A program made the translations under genes and the position numbers. This document shows, in pieces, positions 63,041 to 64,000 of a stretch of DNA of 64,000 nucleotides. The number at the start of each line of letters is the position of its first letter. The first letter of the stretch is position 1. The stretch is from Scyliorhinus canicula (Eukaryota): positions 1 to 64,000 of the forward strand of contig NW_024056007.1 of NCBI RefSeq assembly GCF_902713615.1, written 5' to 3'. Under the pieces are notes generated by a model. The model was not told where the DNA came from. It saw only the letters and a program-made list of their open reading frames with translations, and ran no database searches.

Positions 63041-63192
63041 AGATGTCTTATAACACCAGGTTAAAGTCTAACAGATTTGTTACGAATCACTAGCTTTAGG
63101 AGAACAGCTCCTTCTGATCAAGGAGCTGCAATCCTAAAGCTCTTAATTCGAAACAAACCTGTTGGACTTTAACTTCGTGTTGTAAGTCTTCT
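63041..63192. repeat. Imperfect inverted repeat (about 72-bp arms, 6-nt loop), Penelope-type
   Basis: GTCTTATAACACCAGGTTAAAGTCTAACAGATTTGTT..CAGCTCCTT-CTGATC-AAGGAGCTG..AACAAACCTGTTGGACTTTAACTTCGTGTTGTAAG. Confidence 0.8.
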
Positions 63193-64000
63193 CACAACAC
63201 TTAAAGGGTCAATTCTTGTGACTTTATCCAATGTAGCATATAACCTCCACTTCCCAGAGGCAGTTGTATTTTTTTCAGAACGTTTTTATTTTCAGTAGAT
63301 TTTGAGGTCTTCTGTCTGGGTGCTGAATTTACTAAGAAAAATAGAGGTTGGTTAAGGATGTGATGTCGAATAATTGCAGTTTTATGTCACACTATCTCCG
63401 GAACTCAATTTGATCCTCGGTGGATCTTGAAACACTGACTCCATTGCCTCAGTGGCCTGAATAAGGATAAATATAAATGTCAAACAGATGAAAGACAGCG
63501 TAAAATCAGAAGAAGGAAAACACCTACAACATAAGCGCAGGCGCTTCGTACTGGTTCATAGATTCTGCATCAAATTGAATTGGGCCCAACCCACCTTCAT
63601 GTCAACAGTGGAGTTAAATGAAGCGACCTCCTGAAATGTGAACTTGAATTTATTTCTCTCTGACTGATGAGGGGAAATGTCAACTTCGATAACAGATGTA
63701 CAGGTTTTCTGAAATATATAATTTTCCATTGGCGCCCTCTCCCCCCCCCCTCCCCCCGTCCCCCAGTCCCCCAACTTATATCAGTGAAACAGCTAACCTG
63801 ACTATTACCACCTTGTTATTTGTGGGAGCTTGACATGTACAAGTTGGCTGTCACGTTTCTTAGATTAAGGAAGTTTCTCTAGGCTTTTTGAAGTCCTGAT
63901 GTCATGCATACTGCTGTATCAATGGAAATGTATATTTATTTATTCCGTGATCCACTGATTAAGTTCAGCACCTTTCCTGGAAAATGTCAGTTCCCGACAA

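Overview
This is eukaryotic, repeat-rich DNA from a cartilaginous fish. The shark assignment is inferred from the NAR-TCR segments and the HE1/V-SINE, DeuSINE and CR1 families. The left third (1-18.3 kb) is a C2H2 zinc-finger gene cluster: two open arrays, two decayed relics, two CpG/NRF1/YY1 promoters and a MULE transposase fragment. Two L1-clade LINEs and a tRNA-Arg(ACG) pseudogene follow (18-30 kb). The 36-48 kb region is antigen-receptor DNA. It holds a decayed TCR V pseudogene and a complete NAR-TCR-type cassette: leader + IgNAR-like V with a 22-spacer RSS, a 12/12 D, a 23-RSS J, and a leaderless 'supporting' TCR-delta V. The supporting V carries three inactivating lesions. It is followed by the most unusual structure in the window, a ~60-bp minisatellite in which every unit is a heptamer-23-nonamer RSS (nine complete units, five with an intact CACAGTG). 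The right end has a two-exon GPR139-like GPCR pseudogene, a long CR1 with an esterase ORF1, and a Penelope-type hairpin with a decayed hammerhead core. Coordinates were counted by eye; repeat boundaries are approximate.
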